Notes: generated from the sequence alone by a model not told the origin. A stretch of DNA of 61,986 nt from an uncultured archaeon (GCA_964590575.1 CAZPWM010000006.1:1-61986), one strand, 5' to 3'. Counted from the stretch's first letter, positions 28,580-39,200 are shown. Translations and numbers: made by a program.

Positions 28580-30228
28580 GAATCTTGGGAGCCGCCATAG
28601 GAAATTGCGTCCATGTGGCTGGTGTTCTTAGATTTCTCACGCTCGCAGAGGAAGAAGGACATGAAACAATCTTCTTGGGAACAGCGGTTTCCATTGATGA
28701 ATTGATAATGAAGGTGAAAGAACACAACCCTGATGTTATTGGTGTGAGTTACAGACTCACAGCGACCAGCGCAGTCAATCTTCTTAGGGACTTAAAGAAC
28801 GCTGCGACAGAATGTGGTCTAGAGAGGAAACGATGGGTGCTTGGTTGCACGGCACCAGTTAAACCGATTGCAGAACAAACTGAACTTTTTGAAGAGATAT
28901 TCACTGGTTTCTCGACTGATGAGGACTCGATTAGTTTTCTTCGTGGTCGCACACATATGCCGCCAGAAGAGAGGAATCCACAAGATTTGATGACAAGAAT
29001 GACCATTAAAAGCCCAATACCAATCATCAGACATCACTTTGGTTTGTCTACAATTGAAGAAACCGTAGATGGTGTCAAAAGAATTGCAGAGGCTTCAGTC
29101 TTAGATGTTATTTCTATTGGACCTGATCAGAACGCCCAAGAATCAATCTTTCATCCACCTGAGATGAATGAAAGTCTAGAAGGTGACGGAGGTGTTCCGA
29201 TTAGAACGCCCAAAGATTTGCAGCGTATCTTTGAGGCTTCACGAAGAGGTAACTATCCGCTCTTGAGATGTTATAGTGGTACTCGTGATTTGATATCTTG
29301 GGCACAGTTACTAAAGGATACCATAAACAATGCTTGGTGTGCAACTCCTCTACTATGGTACAGCGAGCTGGATGGAAGAAGTACGAGACCTCTTGAGAAG
29401 GCAATCACTGAGAATCAAGAGAATCACCGATGGCACGCAAAGAATGACATCCCTGTAGAAATCAATGAATCACATCACTGGAGCCTGAGAAGTGCTCATG
29501 ATACAATTGCAGTTACCATGGCATATCTTTCCGCATACAACGCAAAGAAAGCTGGTGTTAGACATTACATTGCACAATACATGTTAAACACACCTCTGGG
29601 AACTTCCCCAAAAATGGATCTTGCCAAGATGCTAGCAAAAAATGAACTTATCGAGTCGCTTCATGATCATTATTTTATTTCTCTAAGACAAGTACGATCC
29701 GGCCTTTTTTCTTATCCTCCTGACTTAGATTTAGGCAAGGGTCAACTTGCATCATCAATATACACCGGTATGATGTTGAAACCACATATTGTGCATGTTG
29801 TGAGTTTCTGTGAGGCTGATCATGCTGCAACTGCAGACGATGTTATTGAGAGTTGCAAAATCACACGACAAGTCATTCACGATTGTCTTCTCGGAACGCC
29901 AAACCCGCTAGACGATAAGGAAGTGTTGATGCGTAAGAATGATCTTGTCAAAGAAGCCCAACTACTCATAGCGACTATTCGTTCACTGGGTGATGAATCT
30001 TCAATAGACCCACTCATTGAACCTGTTACATATGTACGCGCAGTAAAAAAGGGAGTTTTGGATGCACCACATCTGAGAAACAATCCTATTGCCAAGGGAT
30101 TGCTCAGGACCAAAATGATTGATGGCGCATGCTTAGCTATAGATCCCAATACTGGTAATCCAATTGATGAAATCACAAGGCTAGGACAACTTGGTCAGAA
30201 AATAACATCTGAACATGTTTTGAGATGA
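28576..30228 (+). CDS. Cobalamin-binding domain protein with C-terminal TIM-barrel-like region
   Basis: CVHVAG (DxHxxG variant), IGVSYRL; IIRHHFG, RCYSGT, NESHHWSLR. Confidence 0.8.
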   Translation: MRILGAAIGNCVHVAGVLRFLTLAEEEGHETIFLGTAVSIDELIMKVKEHNPDVIGVSYRLTATSAVNLLRDLKNAATECGLERKRWVLGCTAPVKPIAEQTELFEEIFTGFSTDEDSISFLRGRTHMPPEERNPQDLMTRMTIKSPIPIIRHHFGLSTIEETVDGVKRIAEASVLDVISIGPDQNAQESIFHPPEMNESLEGDGGVPIRTPKDLQRIFEASRRGNYPLLRCYSGTRDLISWAQLLKDTINNAWCATPLLWYSELDGRSTRPLEKAITENQENHRWHAKNDIPVEINESHHWSLRSAHDTIAVTMAYLSAYNAKKAGVRHYIAQYMLNTPLGTSPKMDLAKMLAKNELIESLHDHYFISLRQVRSGLFSYPPDLDLGKGQLASSIYTGMMLKPHIVHVVSFCEADHAATADDVIESCKITRQVIHDCLLGTPNPLDDKEVLMRKNDLVKEAQLLIATIRSLGDESSIDPLIEPVTYVRAVKKGVLDAPHLRNNPIAKGLLRTKMIDGACLAIDPNTGNPIDEITRLGQLGQKITSEHVLR

Positions 30229-30243
30229 CCTCAGACTACTTTC

Positions 30244-30288
30244 CTGGAGAACCACCGGTTGCCGGTTCAAATCCGGCCGCTCCGACCA
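30244..30288 (+). repeat. Second, more decayed 3' half of tRNA-Tyr (att-like scar)
   Basis: CGGTTGCCGGTTCAAATCCGGCCGCTCCGACCA identical to the tRNA-Tyr 3' end, preceded by a degenerate spliced anticodon junction. Confidence 0.88.
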
Positions 30289-30358
30289 ATTCTTTTCTAA
30301 TAATTTCAGGATTTCCAAATTACAAATCCAAGCTCTATTAGAATAAAGAAGAATCTAG

Positions 30359-31303
30359 CTACGAATTGGCACTGATTGAGATTCCAAGAACACGAACAAG
30401 TTCTTTGTAACGATTACGAATTGTCACTTCTGTGACTCGTGTAACATTGGCTATTTCTCTCTGAGTACGCCTGTCTTCCTCAATTATCCCAGCTATGTAG
30501 AGTGCAGCTCCTACGATTCCACCAGGGTCTTTTCCTATTGTTACGAATTTTTCTTCAGCGTTCTTGATTATTTCAGTAGCTTTCTTGATAGTCTTTCCCT
30601 CAAGAAGAAGATCTGAGGACAATCTTGGTATCAAGTCCTTTGCAGAAGCTAGTGGTACATTAATATTGACTTGAGAAAGAACTAAACGAACTGAATGACC
30701 AACCTGTTTCCTATCTAGGTTGGTTTCAGCTACAACTTCGTCGAGCCTTCTTGGAATCCTGTGAATACGGCAGGCAAGGTAAACTGATGCGGCAACTATT
30801 GATTCAACACTTCTACCTCTCACAAGTTTCTTTGCTAGAGATTTTCTATACATCAGCGCTGCAGTTTCTCTAACATCGTGTGGAATTCCAAGCTGGGAGG
30901 ATAGTCTCTCCATCTCACTCATTGCAATACCAAGATTTCTGAGTTGAGAACTATGAAGCCTACTTCTGATATGCCATTTTCGCATTCTGTAGATGGCCGC
31001 GCGTGTGTTACCTGTAATTGCCCTACCACTTGCATCCTTGTTTCGCCAATCAATTGTTGTTGATAAACCCCTGTCAGCTATAGTAAGAGTCATTGGTGCT
31101 CCAGTTCTAGCTCTTGCATTCCTCTCTTCTGCAGTGAATGCTCTCCATTCCGGTCCTGTATCAGCTATATGTTCTGACACAACAAGTCCACATGAAGTAC
31201 AGATATTCTCGCCACGGACATAGTCCTCCGTGAACGTAGCCTCCCCACAATTCATACATACGCTTCGTTTGTTTACCTTCTTCTCTCTAACTATATCCGT
31301 CAT
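30359..31303 (-). CDS. tfb: Transcription initiation factor IIB (TFB)
   Basis: CxxC zinc ribbon, DTGPEWRAF, GRSVES, TEVTIRNRYKEL. Confidence 0.96.
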   Translation of the reverse strand: MTDIVREKKVNKRSVCMNCGEATFTEDYVRGENICTSCGLVVSEHIADTGPEWRAFTAEERNARARTGAPMTLTIADRGLSTTIDWRNKDASGRAITGNTRAAIYRMRKWHIRSRLHSSQLRNLGIAMSEMERLSSQLGIPHDVRETAALMYRKSLAKKLVRGRSVESIVAASVYLACRIHRIPRRLDEVVAETNLDRKQVGHSVRLVLSQVNINVPLASAKDLIPRLSSDLLLEGKTIKKATEIIKNAEEKFVTIGKDPGGIVGAALYIAGIIEEDRRTQREIANVTRVTEVTIRNRYKELVRVLGISISANS

Positions 31304-31608
31304 GTCTCTCTCACCCTCTCTGTTTCATTCCTGTTTTCTCCGACCAGACTTCCATTGTTTGGTAATTCTTCTACTATTTCACCAGTTTTGAATTGGGTTA
31401 AGTGGCTGAGTGGGACATCTCGGTTTATTACGGAACAACCCAGTATTGTGTTGTATTACTGAGCACAACAGCAACTCAATCAATCATTACAAGGAATAAC
31501 CGAAGATACTCTCTACTTAATCTCTCAATCATTCACTCTATGTAAATCGCTCCTTATAAAAGAGAGCACATTTACAATTATTAAATGAATTATGTTGCTG
31601 AATCAAAT

Positions 31609-32142
31609 CTAGCTAACCCGACTATCTCCATTTCTTCTAATAGAGTTCAGAAATTCCTCAACCTCCCTCTGCCCTTGAAGAACAAACACATTCTTTATTG
31701 ATTTCTGCTTCTCCAAGAATCTAAGAATCACCGGTTTTCTTGTGCTGGGATAATCCCAGATCCATCTAATAAAATCCCAATCAATCTTCTCTGGGCAATC
31801 TTCAGTAAGGTCTGGTCTTGTTTCACCTCGAAATCTGAGAAACCTAGTGAATACACGAAGATATGACAGTCTTCGAGGAATATCAATGAAGATGATAGTG
31901 TCAGCCTTGGAAGCACGAAGCTTGAGTGTCGATGTATAATTCCCATCCATAACCCACGATTCCGAACTGATTAGATCATTGACTTTCTCTCGCCATTCTT
32001 CTTCAGGTGTTTCAATCCAGTTTGGTTTCCAATAATTTTGGTCCAAGTGAATAATAGGAATGCCAAGAATTCTACCAAGCCTTTGACCTAGGGTTGACTT
32101 TCCTGAGCCACTTGGTCCAAGAATCAGCACTCGCTTCATCAT
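31609..32142 (-). CDS. Topology modulation protein/FlaR-like P-loop kinase
   Basis: GPSGSGKST, HLDQNYW, WVMDGNY, CPEKIDWDF. Confidence 0.88.
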   Translation of the reverse strand: MMKRVLILGPSGSGKSTLGQRLGRILGIPIIHLDQNYWKPNWIETPEEEWREKVNDLISSESWVMDGNYTSTLKLRASKADTIIFIDIPRRLSYLRVFTRFLRFRGETRPDLTEDCPEKIDWDFIRWIWDYPSTRKPVILRFLEKQKSIKNVFVLQGQREVEEFLNSIRRNGDSRVS

Positions 32143-32236
32143 TCAGACATTGTGACTAAGCTTGAATTAAATACTAGGGTCTATCAATATACGAATATCA
32201 ATAAGCCTGTGAGTATTGCTAAAAAAGGGTTAAAAA

Positions 32237-33289
32237 ATGAGAGTCCACAAAGCAAAAGCTGGCCAATTACCCGGGACATTAATCCACACTGGACGCAAAT
32301 ATGTTCATGAACCAATAGTTACGATTATTGATTTCAATCAACACGAGTTCAATGAACAAAAAACTGTTTCTTGGGAAGATTGCACTCCATCCGAAAGGAC
32401 AGATATTGTAAGATGGATTCATGTTCAAGGTGTCAATGATATCGCTTTAATCCAAAAGATAGGCACCAATTTCAATATACATCCACTTATTCTTGAAGAC
32501 ATTGTCAATACACAACAAAGACCAAAAATAGAGCTGCTTTTGGAATCAATCTATGTTATCCTCCGATCATATGAATATAGTACCGAAGACAGTTCATTGG
32601 ATTCAGAGCAGTTGAGTTTCATACTTGGAAATCACTACCTCATTTCATTCCAAGAGTCTGATAAACCATTATTTGAACAGGTCAAGAACAGGATTTCAAA
32701 CAACCTCGGACGAATCAGAAAGGGAGGTTCAGATTACCTTACCTATTCACTTTTTGATATGATTACTGACAACTATTTTGTAATACTCGATGAACTGAGT
32801 GAGAGAATTGAGGCACTTGAGGATGAAGTCGCAGAAAATCCCACAAATGAAACTCTTCAAGAAATCCACAATCTGAAACGGAATATTATCACATTGAGAC
32901 GAAACATATGGCCAATCAGGGACATAACCGGAAAACTCCTTCGAGAGAGTTCTTTTTTGATTGAGTCCTCAACTCAAATCTACCTCAGAGACCTTAACGA
33001 TCATGCTATTCAGATAAATGACCTTCTAGAAACATACCGTGAAATCCTTACAGGAATAATGGATATTTATCTCTCAAAGGTGAGTAATAGAATGAATGAA
33101 GTCATGAAAGTACTGACTGTGATATCTACAATATTCATACCTCTTACTCTGCTTGCCAGTATATATGGCATGAACTTCAAAGACATGCCTGAACTAGACA
33201 TACCTTGGAGCTACCCCCTTTTGCTGCTCATAATGCTTTTCCTAGGAATTGCTTTGACGCTCTATTTCAGAAAAAAGAGATGGATTTAG
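32237..33289 (+). CDS. corA: Magnesium/cobalt transporter CorA
   Basis: HPLILEDI, QRPK, YGMNF, two C-terminal TMs. Confidence 0.96.
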   Translation: MRVHKAKAGQLPGTLIHTGRKYVHEPIVTIIDFNQHEFNEQKTVSWEDCTPSERTDIVRWIHVQGVNDIALIQKIGTNFNIHPLILEDIVNTQQRPKIELLLESIYVILRSYEYSTEDSSLDSEQLSFILGNHYLISFQESDKPLFEQVKNRISNNLGRIRKGGSDYLTYSLFDMITDNYFVILDELSERIEALEDEVAENPTNETLQEIHNLKRNIITLRRNIWPIRDITGKLLRESSFLIESSTQIYLRDLNDHAIQINDLLETYREILTGIMDIYLSKVSNRMNEVMKVLTVISTIFIPLTLLASIYGMNFKDMPELDIPWSYPLLLLIMLFLGIALTLYFRKKRWI

Positions 33290-33308
33290 TTTACAATACT
33301 TCCTAGTT

Positions 33309-34337
33309 TCAATTCACATCTTCTGGAAGATGAATGACGAAACTGCACTCATCATCACCTCTGAGCACAGATTTTACCATCTCATACTCTAGTGACTGAT
33401 CAAGTGCTGCTTCCCAAGGCATTTTGGTAAAGCCTCCACTACAATGACAGAAGCTAGATGAAACATCAACATCATCATTCAGGATTGATTCACGAGCCCA
33501 CGCACAGTGACATGCATAGTATCGCTTCTTTCTCTCATCAGTTGCTTCAAGATACTCCTGCACCATGTATGGAATCTTTGTATGATAGATGGTGTTTCCC
33601 CTTCTTTCACCACTCAATACATCAGGACGACTCTTTACAAACTCAACCACAGCATCAGTGATGTATTGATTGTAGAATAAGGAACCCTCATCCCTGTGCT
33701 TCTCTAACTCTGCGATTGCATTCTCCCGTTTCTGTTTCAGATATTCATCAATACTACCAGCTTTCAGGAACTTTTCACGTTCTCCCTTTCTGAAGTCACG
33801 AGGCAATCCGTGAGCAACATCAGCCAATATTTTTTTACAGTCCGAGGGATCTAGGACTTTTTCCATCTTCTCTACTACTTCTCGGGTGACCTTCATTTTC
33901 TCCATATCTGGCATGCCTAAAGAAGGTAGGTTTGCCTTTGGGAGAATTTCATCACGTTTCTTCTCACCAACATGCTCACCTAATCTTTCATGGAGGACGT
34001 TCATCACTTCGCCGCCATCAAATATACTAAGCACTGGTAAGTATAGGTTCATATTTTTGATGAAGTAAGCATAACGGGACAATGCAGCATAGTTGAGATA
34101 GGTGTTAGAACCTTCTTCAATCAAGATTTCTGAGAATTTACTGAATTCTGTTTCTGTTACAGTTTCAAGTGTCTTTCCAAACTGCTTTATGAACTCCTCA
34201 AATCTCTCCACCATCATCATGTTTTCAATAACTTCACCCTCGGGAATAGGTTGCTCCCTTTCCGTTAGGTATCTGTGAAACCCTTTCTTGTCCATCTTTC
34301 CCACACTCACGCAACCTTTCCAGTAGTCACTTATCAA
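33309..34337 (-). CDS. Hypothetical protein with C-terminal Cys motifs (DUF6144-like)
   Basis: YYACHCAWAR, FCHCSGGF, SVLRGDDECSF; start probably MDKK. Confidence 0.75.
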   Translation of the reverse strand: MISDYWKGCVSVGKMDKKGFHRYLTEREQPIPEGEVIENMMMVERFEEFIKQFGKTLETVTETEFSKFSEILIEEGSNTYLNYAALSRYAYFIKNMNLYLPVLSIFDGGEVMNVLHERLGEHVGEKKRDEILPKANLPSLGMPDMEKMKVTREVVEKMEKVLDPSDCKKILADVAHGLPRDFRKGEREKFLKAGSIDEYLKQKRENAIAELEKHRDEGSLFYNQYITDAVVEFVKSRPDVLSGERRGNTIYHTKIPYMVQEYLEATDERKKRYYACHCAWARESILNDDVDVSSSFCHCSGGFTKMPWEAALDQSLEYEMVKSVLRGDDECSFVIHLPEDVN

Positions 34338-34480
34338 ACGAAGGTTGAAAGCAAGAACTCCGATGATAAGATATTCCCTCGGAAATCCCGAGAATCCTTT
34401 GGCGCTACTATTGAGTAATACGTAGTTAATACAGGTGCTTAACTACCCTGGCCCATACGAATTCTTGGTGTATTCGAGTA

Positions 34481-34768
34481 ATGAAAGCAATAGAAGCCAA
34501 GATTAAGCACGCTCTTGAAAACAAAGGCATCAAGTGTCAATCAGTCTATAAGATGCCAGATCCCGATGACACTCGAGTGCTTATCGCCTTCAATTCCAAA
34601 GACAACAGAAACCTCTCAATAAGGAAGATTGAGAATGCCCTAGCATCTGTAAAGGTTGGAGAATTCAAAATGCCAAGCGAATTTCAACGTCTTAGCTCAG
34701 CATTCTTGCATCTCGAAATCACACTTGGAGCTAGGCATGAAAAAACTACACTTCCTGCATCCATGTAA
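34481..34768 (+). CDS. Hypothetical protein
   Basis: 95-aa ORF with GGTG SD-like sequence upstream. Confidence 0.65.
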   Translation: MKAIEAKIKHALENKGIKCQSVYKMPDPDDTRVLIAFNSKDNRNLSIRKIENALASVKVGEFKMPSEFQRLSSAFLHLEITLGARHEKTTLPASM

Positions 34769-34819
34769 AATTGGAACACAGCCATGTATCTTATCAGGAA
34801 CGAAAGCATAGATTAAACC

Positions 34820-35575
34820 ATGGATCTCGATCTAATTGACCGGACTTATCTCGTGACAGCAGCTTCACGAGGACTTGGATTCAGTGTTGCCAAATTTCTT
34901 GCAAATGAAGGAGCTGAAGTGATTATTTGTGGTCGCAATGAGGAATCACTGAAAGAAGCCTCTTCAGAACTTGGGGAACTTGCTCAATATTTCGTCGCTG
35001 ATTTATCCAAGCAGGATGATGTCAAACGATTAATGAAGAACATTGGTTCACAAATATTGCGATTAGATGGTGTGTTTGTTAATGCTGGAGGACCACCTCC
35101 TGGTACATTTTCAAGCCTTTCAGACGAAGATTGGAAGAAAGCCATTGATCTCACATTGATGAGTGCAGTATGGCTGACCAGAGAAACAATTCCCTTTCTG
35201 AAGATGTCTGATTCCCCATCAATATTATACAGCACCTCAATCTCAGTAAAACAACCAATCACCAATCTGTTACTGTCAAATGCAATCCGGCCAGCAGTGA
35301 TTGGTATGATGCGTACACTTGCTAGTGAGCTGGCTCCTGAATATATTCGTGTGAATGCAGTCTGTCCGGGTTACATCCATACAGAACGAGTTGAGGAGCT
35401 AATGTCAGCTTCAGAGTCTACAGAAGAGAGTATCAATGCTAGAATTCCCTTGGGTCGAATGGGAAGACCAGAAGAGTTTGGACCAGTGTGTGCGTTCCTT
35501 CTCAGTCCGATTTCCAGTTACATCCATGGAGCACTTCTACTCGTTGATGGGGGTCTCTATCAAGGGATGATGTAA
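34820..35575 (+). CDS. Short-chain dehydrogenase/reductase
   Basis: TAASRGLG, NAGGPPPG, RVNAVCPG, IPLGRMG. Confidence 0.93.
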   Translation: MDLDLIDRTYLVTAASRGLGFSVAKFLANEGAEVIICGRNEESLKEASSELGELAQYFVADLSKQDDVKRLMKNIGSQILRLDGVFVNAGGPPPGTFSSLSDEDWKKAIDLTLMSAVWLTRETIPFLKMSDSPSILYSTSISVKQPITNLLLSNAIRPAVIGMMRTLASELAPEYIRVNAVCPGYIHTERVEELMSASESTEESINARIPLGRMGRPEEFGPVCAFLLSPISSYIHGALLLVDGGLYQGMM

Positions 35576-35586
35576 TCTGTCTGTCC

Positions 35587-36555
35587 TCAAAAATTTAAAT
35601 CTGAAGAATCTACTCCTCCACTTCTAACAAGTGCAACCTTGGAATAATAGCGAACTTGTTCATCATTATGTTCCAAGAGATTTCTCAATGCAACGACTGC
35701 TGGTGGATATGGTGAAACTCCAATAGCCCAGGCTGCCACACGGAGCACTTCAACATCTTCTGAACTAAGTAGCTCTGTTATCGCTCTGAGAATAATCTCT
35801 GATCTTCTTTCTACCACTAGTCGTATCATTCGAACCTGTTCATTTGAAGGCACTCTTGCCATCGTATCAGCTAACCCTTGCAAGGCCTTCGCGTCATCCA
35901 TATCTCTGAGTCCACGTATTGCCCAGTCTCTCACTTCTTCACACTCATCCTCAAGCGCAGCAAGTAAGCAATTAATTGATTCAGGAGCGCTCATTTTGCT
36001 TAAAGCCCAAGCACCAGACTCCCTCATCTCCACACTAGAATCCCCCAGAAGAGCACAAAAGGTTCCCAGTGTTTCATCATCAGCCACTTTCGTTAAAGCA
36101 AAGACAGCCTCTTTTCTGAGATTTATGTCTTCGTGGATATCCCGTGCTGTTTTTCTTAGAATCCGGCCATAGCATGAAGAATCTGTGCTTCCAAGTATGT
36201 GAACCACCCATTTTCTTACTTCAAACTCCTCCGCTTTATCTGTAAGAATATCAACAAGCTGTGGGTTAAGAGAATCAATCCTTGTTCTATAGGCGACTTG
36301 TAGTCCTTTCACCTTGATACGTGAATCAGAATCTACAATCACTCGTTCGATTATCTGTATTGCAAGCTTCGCACTTAGAAGATCTATCAAGCTAATTATG
36401 TGATGTTTGGATTGCATTGTTTCATCTGAATTACTTGTGAAAACGGAATCAAGTACAACACCAAACTCGTCTGGATGAGCATTAATGTACTCCACAACTT
36501 CTTTTCGTTTGTCTGGCGTTTTGCTGTCAGCTATGAGTTCCAGCACATCTGTCAC
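35587..36555 (-). CDS. HEAT-repeat protein
   Basis: Repeated 'L.D....VR..A..AL' units. Confidence 0.88.
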   Translation of the reverse strand: MTDVLELIADSKTPDKRKEVVEYINAHPDEFGVVLDSVFTSNSDETMQSKHHIISLIDLLSAKLAIQIIERVIVDSDSRIKVKGLQVAYRTRIDSLNPQLVDILTDKAEEFEVRKWVVHILGSTDSSCYGRILRKTARDIHEDINLRKEAVFALTKVADDETLGTFCALLGDSSVEMRESGAWALSKMSAPESINCLLAALEDECEEVRDWAIRGLRDMDDAKALQGLADTMARVPSNEQVRMIRLVVERRSEIILRAITELLSSEDVEVLRVAAWAIGVSPYPPAVVALRNLLEHNDEQVRYYSKVALVRSGGVDSSDLNF

Positions 36556-36730
36556 AAGTTGAGCTTCCAGCTACCCCCTTAGTTACCTTTCGCCGTTCCC
36601 CGAAACTTAGACAATCTTGGACATCAAGACTGAAGACTGATGTTCGGTTCCTGCTTCACTCAGGTCTGCATCGTGATTTTAGAAGAATCACAAAGTGACA
36701 ACAAAAACTCCGTAGAAACAGTGGGCAGTA

Positions 36731-36766
36731 AGGCTGTGACCCGGGCTCAAATCCCGGCAAGGGCAT
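36731..36766 (+). pseudogene. Isolated tRNA 3' half (Glu/Gly-like)
   Basis: GGCTG-TGAC-CCGGG-CTCAAAT-CCCGG-CAAGGGC-A with no 5' half upstream. Confidence 0.7.
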
Positions 36767-37515
36767 CACACTTTTCTTGCTTTGACAAGTATAACAGATG
36801 CCAGAGTTGGGAACCTGGCGAAGAACTTTTCCAGTGAGTTGGAGATCCCAACATATTTTTTGTATTTGTCAAGTATATGATCATTGTGAGCTACCATTGG
36901 ACTCCCTTTCACATCTTCGATCCTAAAACCATGGTATACAATTAACTTAGTTATGGTTTCCTTAGTATAGGCCCTCACATGGCCGGTATTGTATAACCCC
37001 TTTGCTTTAATTGGTGGGAAGACGAGTTCAGAGGCAGACTCTATCCCTATTGGAAACTTACCAGCTAGGAGCAACAACCTGTTGTAGTATGTAGCGATAT
37101 TCGGTACACTCAAAATCAAAAACCCGTTCTTTTTGAGAACTCTCCTCAATTCCTTTAGGAAAAATTCTGTGTTTATCAAGTGCTCGATAATGTCCCCACA
37201 CAACACAGCATCAAAGTAATTATTGGGATAGGACAACTTATTTCCGTCTAGATCCTGTCTTTTCACCTTTAATCCAGACAACTCAGCTTTTTTCAGGGCA
37301 TCCTTTGAAATATCTACACCGTGGACATCTGCTCCGAAATCTTCTATTATTCTCTTTCCGAACCAACCGTCGCCGCATCCTACATCCAAGACTCTGTCAC
37401 AAGGTTCAAAGAGATCTACAATCCTCTCCAATTTCTCCTTTTGTTCTATATGGTACCTTTCATTCGACTCACTGAACACTTTAGAGTATATCTTCTCATT
37501 GATCTCTGATTTCAT
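36766..37515 (-). CDS. Class I SAM-dependent methyltransferase
   Basis: VLDVGCGDG, GVDIS, FDAVLCGDIIEH, LKKNG. Confidence 0.92.
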   Translation of the reverse strand: MKSEINEKIYSKVFSESNERYHIEQKEKLERIVDLFEPCDRVLDVGCGDGWFGKRIIEDFGADVHGVDISKDALKKAELSGLKVKRQDLDGNKLSYPNNYFDAVLCGDIIEHLINTEFFLKELRRVLKKNGFLILSVPNIATYYNRLLLLAGKFPIGIESASELVFPPIKAKGLYNTGHVRAYTKETITKLIVYHGFRIEDVKGSPMVAHNDHILDKYKKYVGISNSLEKFFARFPTLASVILVKARKV

Positions 37516-37713
37516 CTTCTATCTCTCAAAATAACTCAAATTTATAAATTTAGACACTTTGGCTCTAGACAAGAGCTGCCCATTCGGCAAGGGCATTAAT
37601 AACTTTTTAAAATCAAATTTAGGAGATGCCAAAAACTTACCCAAACTTGGATAATTGGGAATATGGCAAAGCAATTGACCAGTTACACTTCGCCCTAGTG
37701 CAAAATAAGAGAT

Positions 37714-38739
37714 TTAGTAGATTTTGAATGCCTCCGCATTAGGTAGCTTGAAAGACTCCTTATCTGGATTGTATCTAAGAACAGAATGATACGCAGCCAT
37801 TTGGAGCGCTATCATGTTAGGAATAGTCTGTGCCAATGGAAGTCCTAGACTTAGTCGCTCGTCAATGTGAAGGTGATATGCTCTCATCTTGAGCGAATCA
37901 GTAAGTACACTCATGTAGACATCATCGGATGAATTAACAGGACTTCTTGTAACTAACACTGCGCTTTCGTGATCATTGATTGAGATATTATAATGATGCC
38001 GAAATTCCTCTCTTATTGCTGCGATTCCTTTCAAAACCGAATATTCATTGAACTTCATCATCCCAATTTGTGCCGCAACATGGTTTGGCCCCTCTGATAT
38101 GAGATAGATAGGAACATTGGGACTAGTGAGTTGAGCGATTGCTTTTCCTTCTTTTTCAGCCCAAGTTATCAGTTCCTTTACAATGCTCTTCAATTGCTTA
38201 ATATCCTGTTCAAGTCTTCCTTCAGACTCATCATCTAATCTTGATGAAACAGCAAGGAGGTACGCCATTGCTGCTGTGGTGGGTGTTGATGGACTTGTAT
38301 TGAAGGTCCTAACACCTGACTTAGTAACCCATACATGATCAGCTTCTTGCGAAGCAGTCCCATCCTTATTATCAGTCAGTACAACAATCGTCGCTCCTAG
38401 TGACTTAGCCTTCCGGAGTGAATCTATAGTTGCTAGACTTCTTCCTGATGCAGTTATCCCAATCACAGCTGTGTCTTTGCCAATACGGAGATGACCAATC
38501 TCGTCAGGTGACACAACAATGGCGTTGAGTCCTATCCTTAGAAATGCCCACCTTCCATAATCTGCTGCAGCATACGAGTCGCCACAACCAACCAAGACAA
38601 TCTGTTTCTTCTCTTCAATGACTGACGCTGCTGTTTCATCGACAGCATCAATTGTTCTTGGGATTGCTTGTTCCTGTTTCTTTATTGCATCATAACAAAT
38701 TTCTAGAAATCGTGTCACTAGATGTTCAACCTCTTTCAA
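37714..38739 (-). CDS. SIS-domain sugar isomerase (GlmS/FrlB-like)
   Basis: GCGDSY, TASGRS, EEFRH. Confidence 0.87.
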   Translation of the reverse strand: MKEVEHLVTRFLEICYDAIKKQEQAIPRTIDAVDETAASVIEEKKQIVLVGCGDSYAAADYGRWAFLRIGLNAIVVSPDEIGHLRIGKDTAVIGITASGRSLATIDSLRKAKSLGATIVVLTDNKDGTASQEADHVWVTKSGVRTFNTSPSTPTTAAMAYLLAVSSRLDDESEGRLEQDIKQLKSIVKELITWAEKEGKAIAQLTSPNVPIYLISEGPNHVAAQIGMMKFNEYSVLKGIAAIREEFRHHYNISINDHESAVLVTRSPVNSSDDVYMSVLTDSLKMRAYHLHIDERLSLGLPLAQTIPNMIALQMAAYHSVLRYNPDKESFKLPNAEAFKIY

Positions 38740-39200
38740 ATCATATCAAAACCTGGAGGTTCTATTCCCTGTTGTCTAATCAAACCTGTCATTACACCCC
38801 GATGATGTGTTTCGTGGCTTGCCACATGGATCAATGCTTTTCCCACTGTAAAGCTAATCGTTTGGTCACCCCATTTGACACTCTTCACATGTTGCAGTTG
38901 GTCTTCCTTGAGTCTATCTATGAATTCTCTCGTTTCTTCATGAATCTTGGACCAGACCTCTCTTATTGATTGGACACTGTCAAAGCTTTCTGTTTCTATT
39001 TTCCTAGAATCACGACTATCCAGAAATGATATCCAGCTTCTCTCCGTGTTCATTATGTGAACGAGGATATTTCGAATCGAACCTTTTCCAACTCCCAAAT
39101 CTTTCACAAACTCTTCAGCATTCACCTGTTCTAGAGTCTGAAGAAGTGGTTCTCTACACGCAAGATTATGATCGAACAGCATCTCAATACAGGACATCAT
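38736..39200 (-). CDS. DinB family protein
   Basis: SIRNILVH...E..W, HVASHETHHRG; start trimmed to avoid tRNA-Asp. Confidence 0.88.
   Translation of the reverse strand: MMSCIEMLFDHNLACREPLLQTLEQVNAEEFVKDLGVGKGSIRNILVHIMNTERSWISFLDSRDSRKIETESFDSVQSIREVWSKIHEETREFIDRLKEDQLQHVKSVKWGDQTISFTVGKALIHVASHETHHRGVMTGLIRQQGIEPPGFDMI

Noticed and set aside
25955-30288. Intact provirus or integrative element at tRNA-Tyr
   Set aside because: No integrase, replication or virion genes; only scars and cargo.
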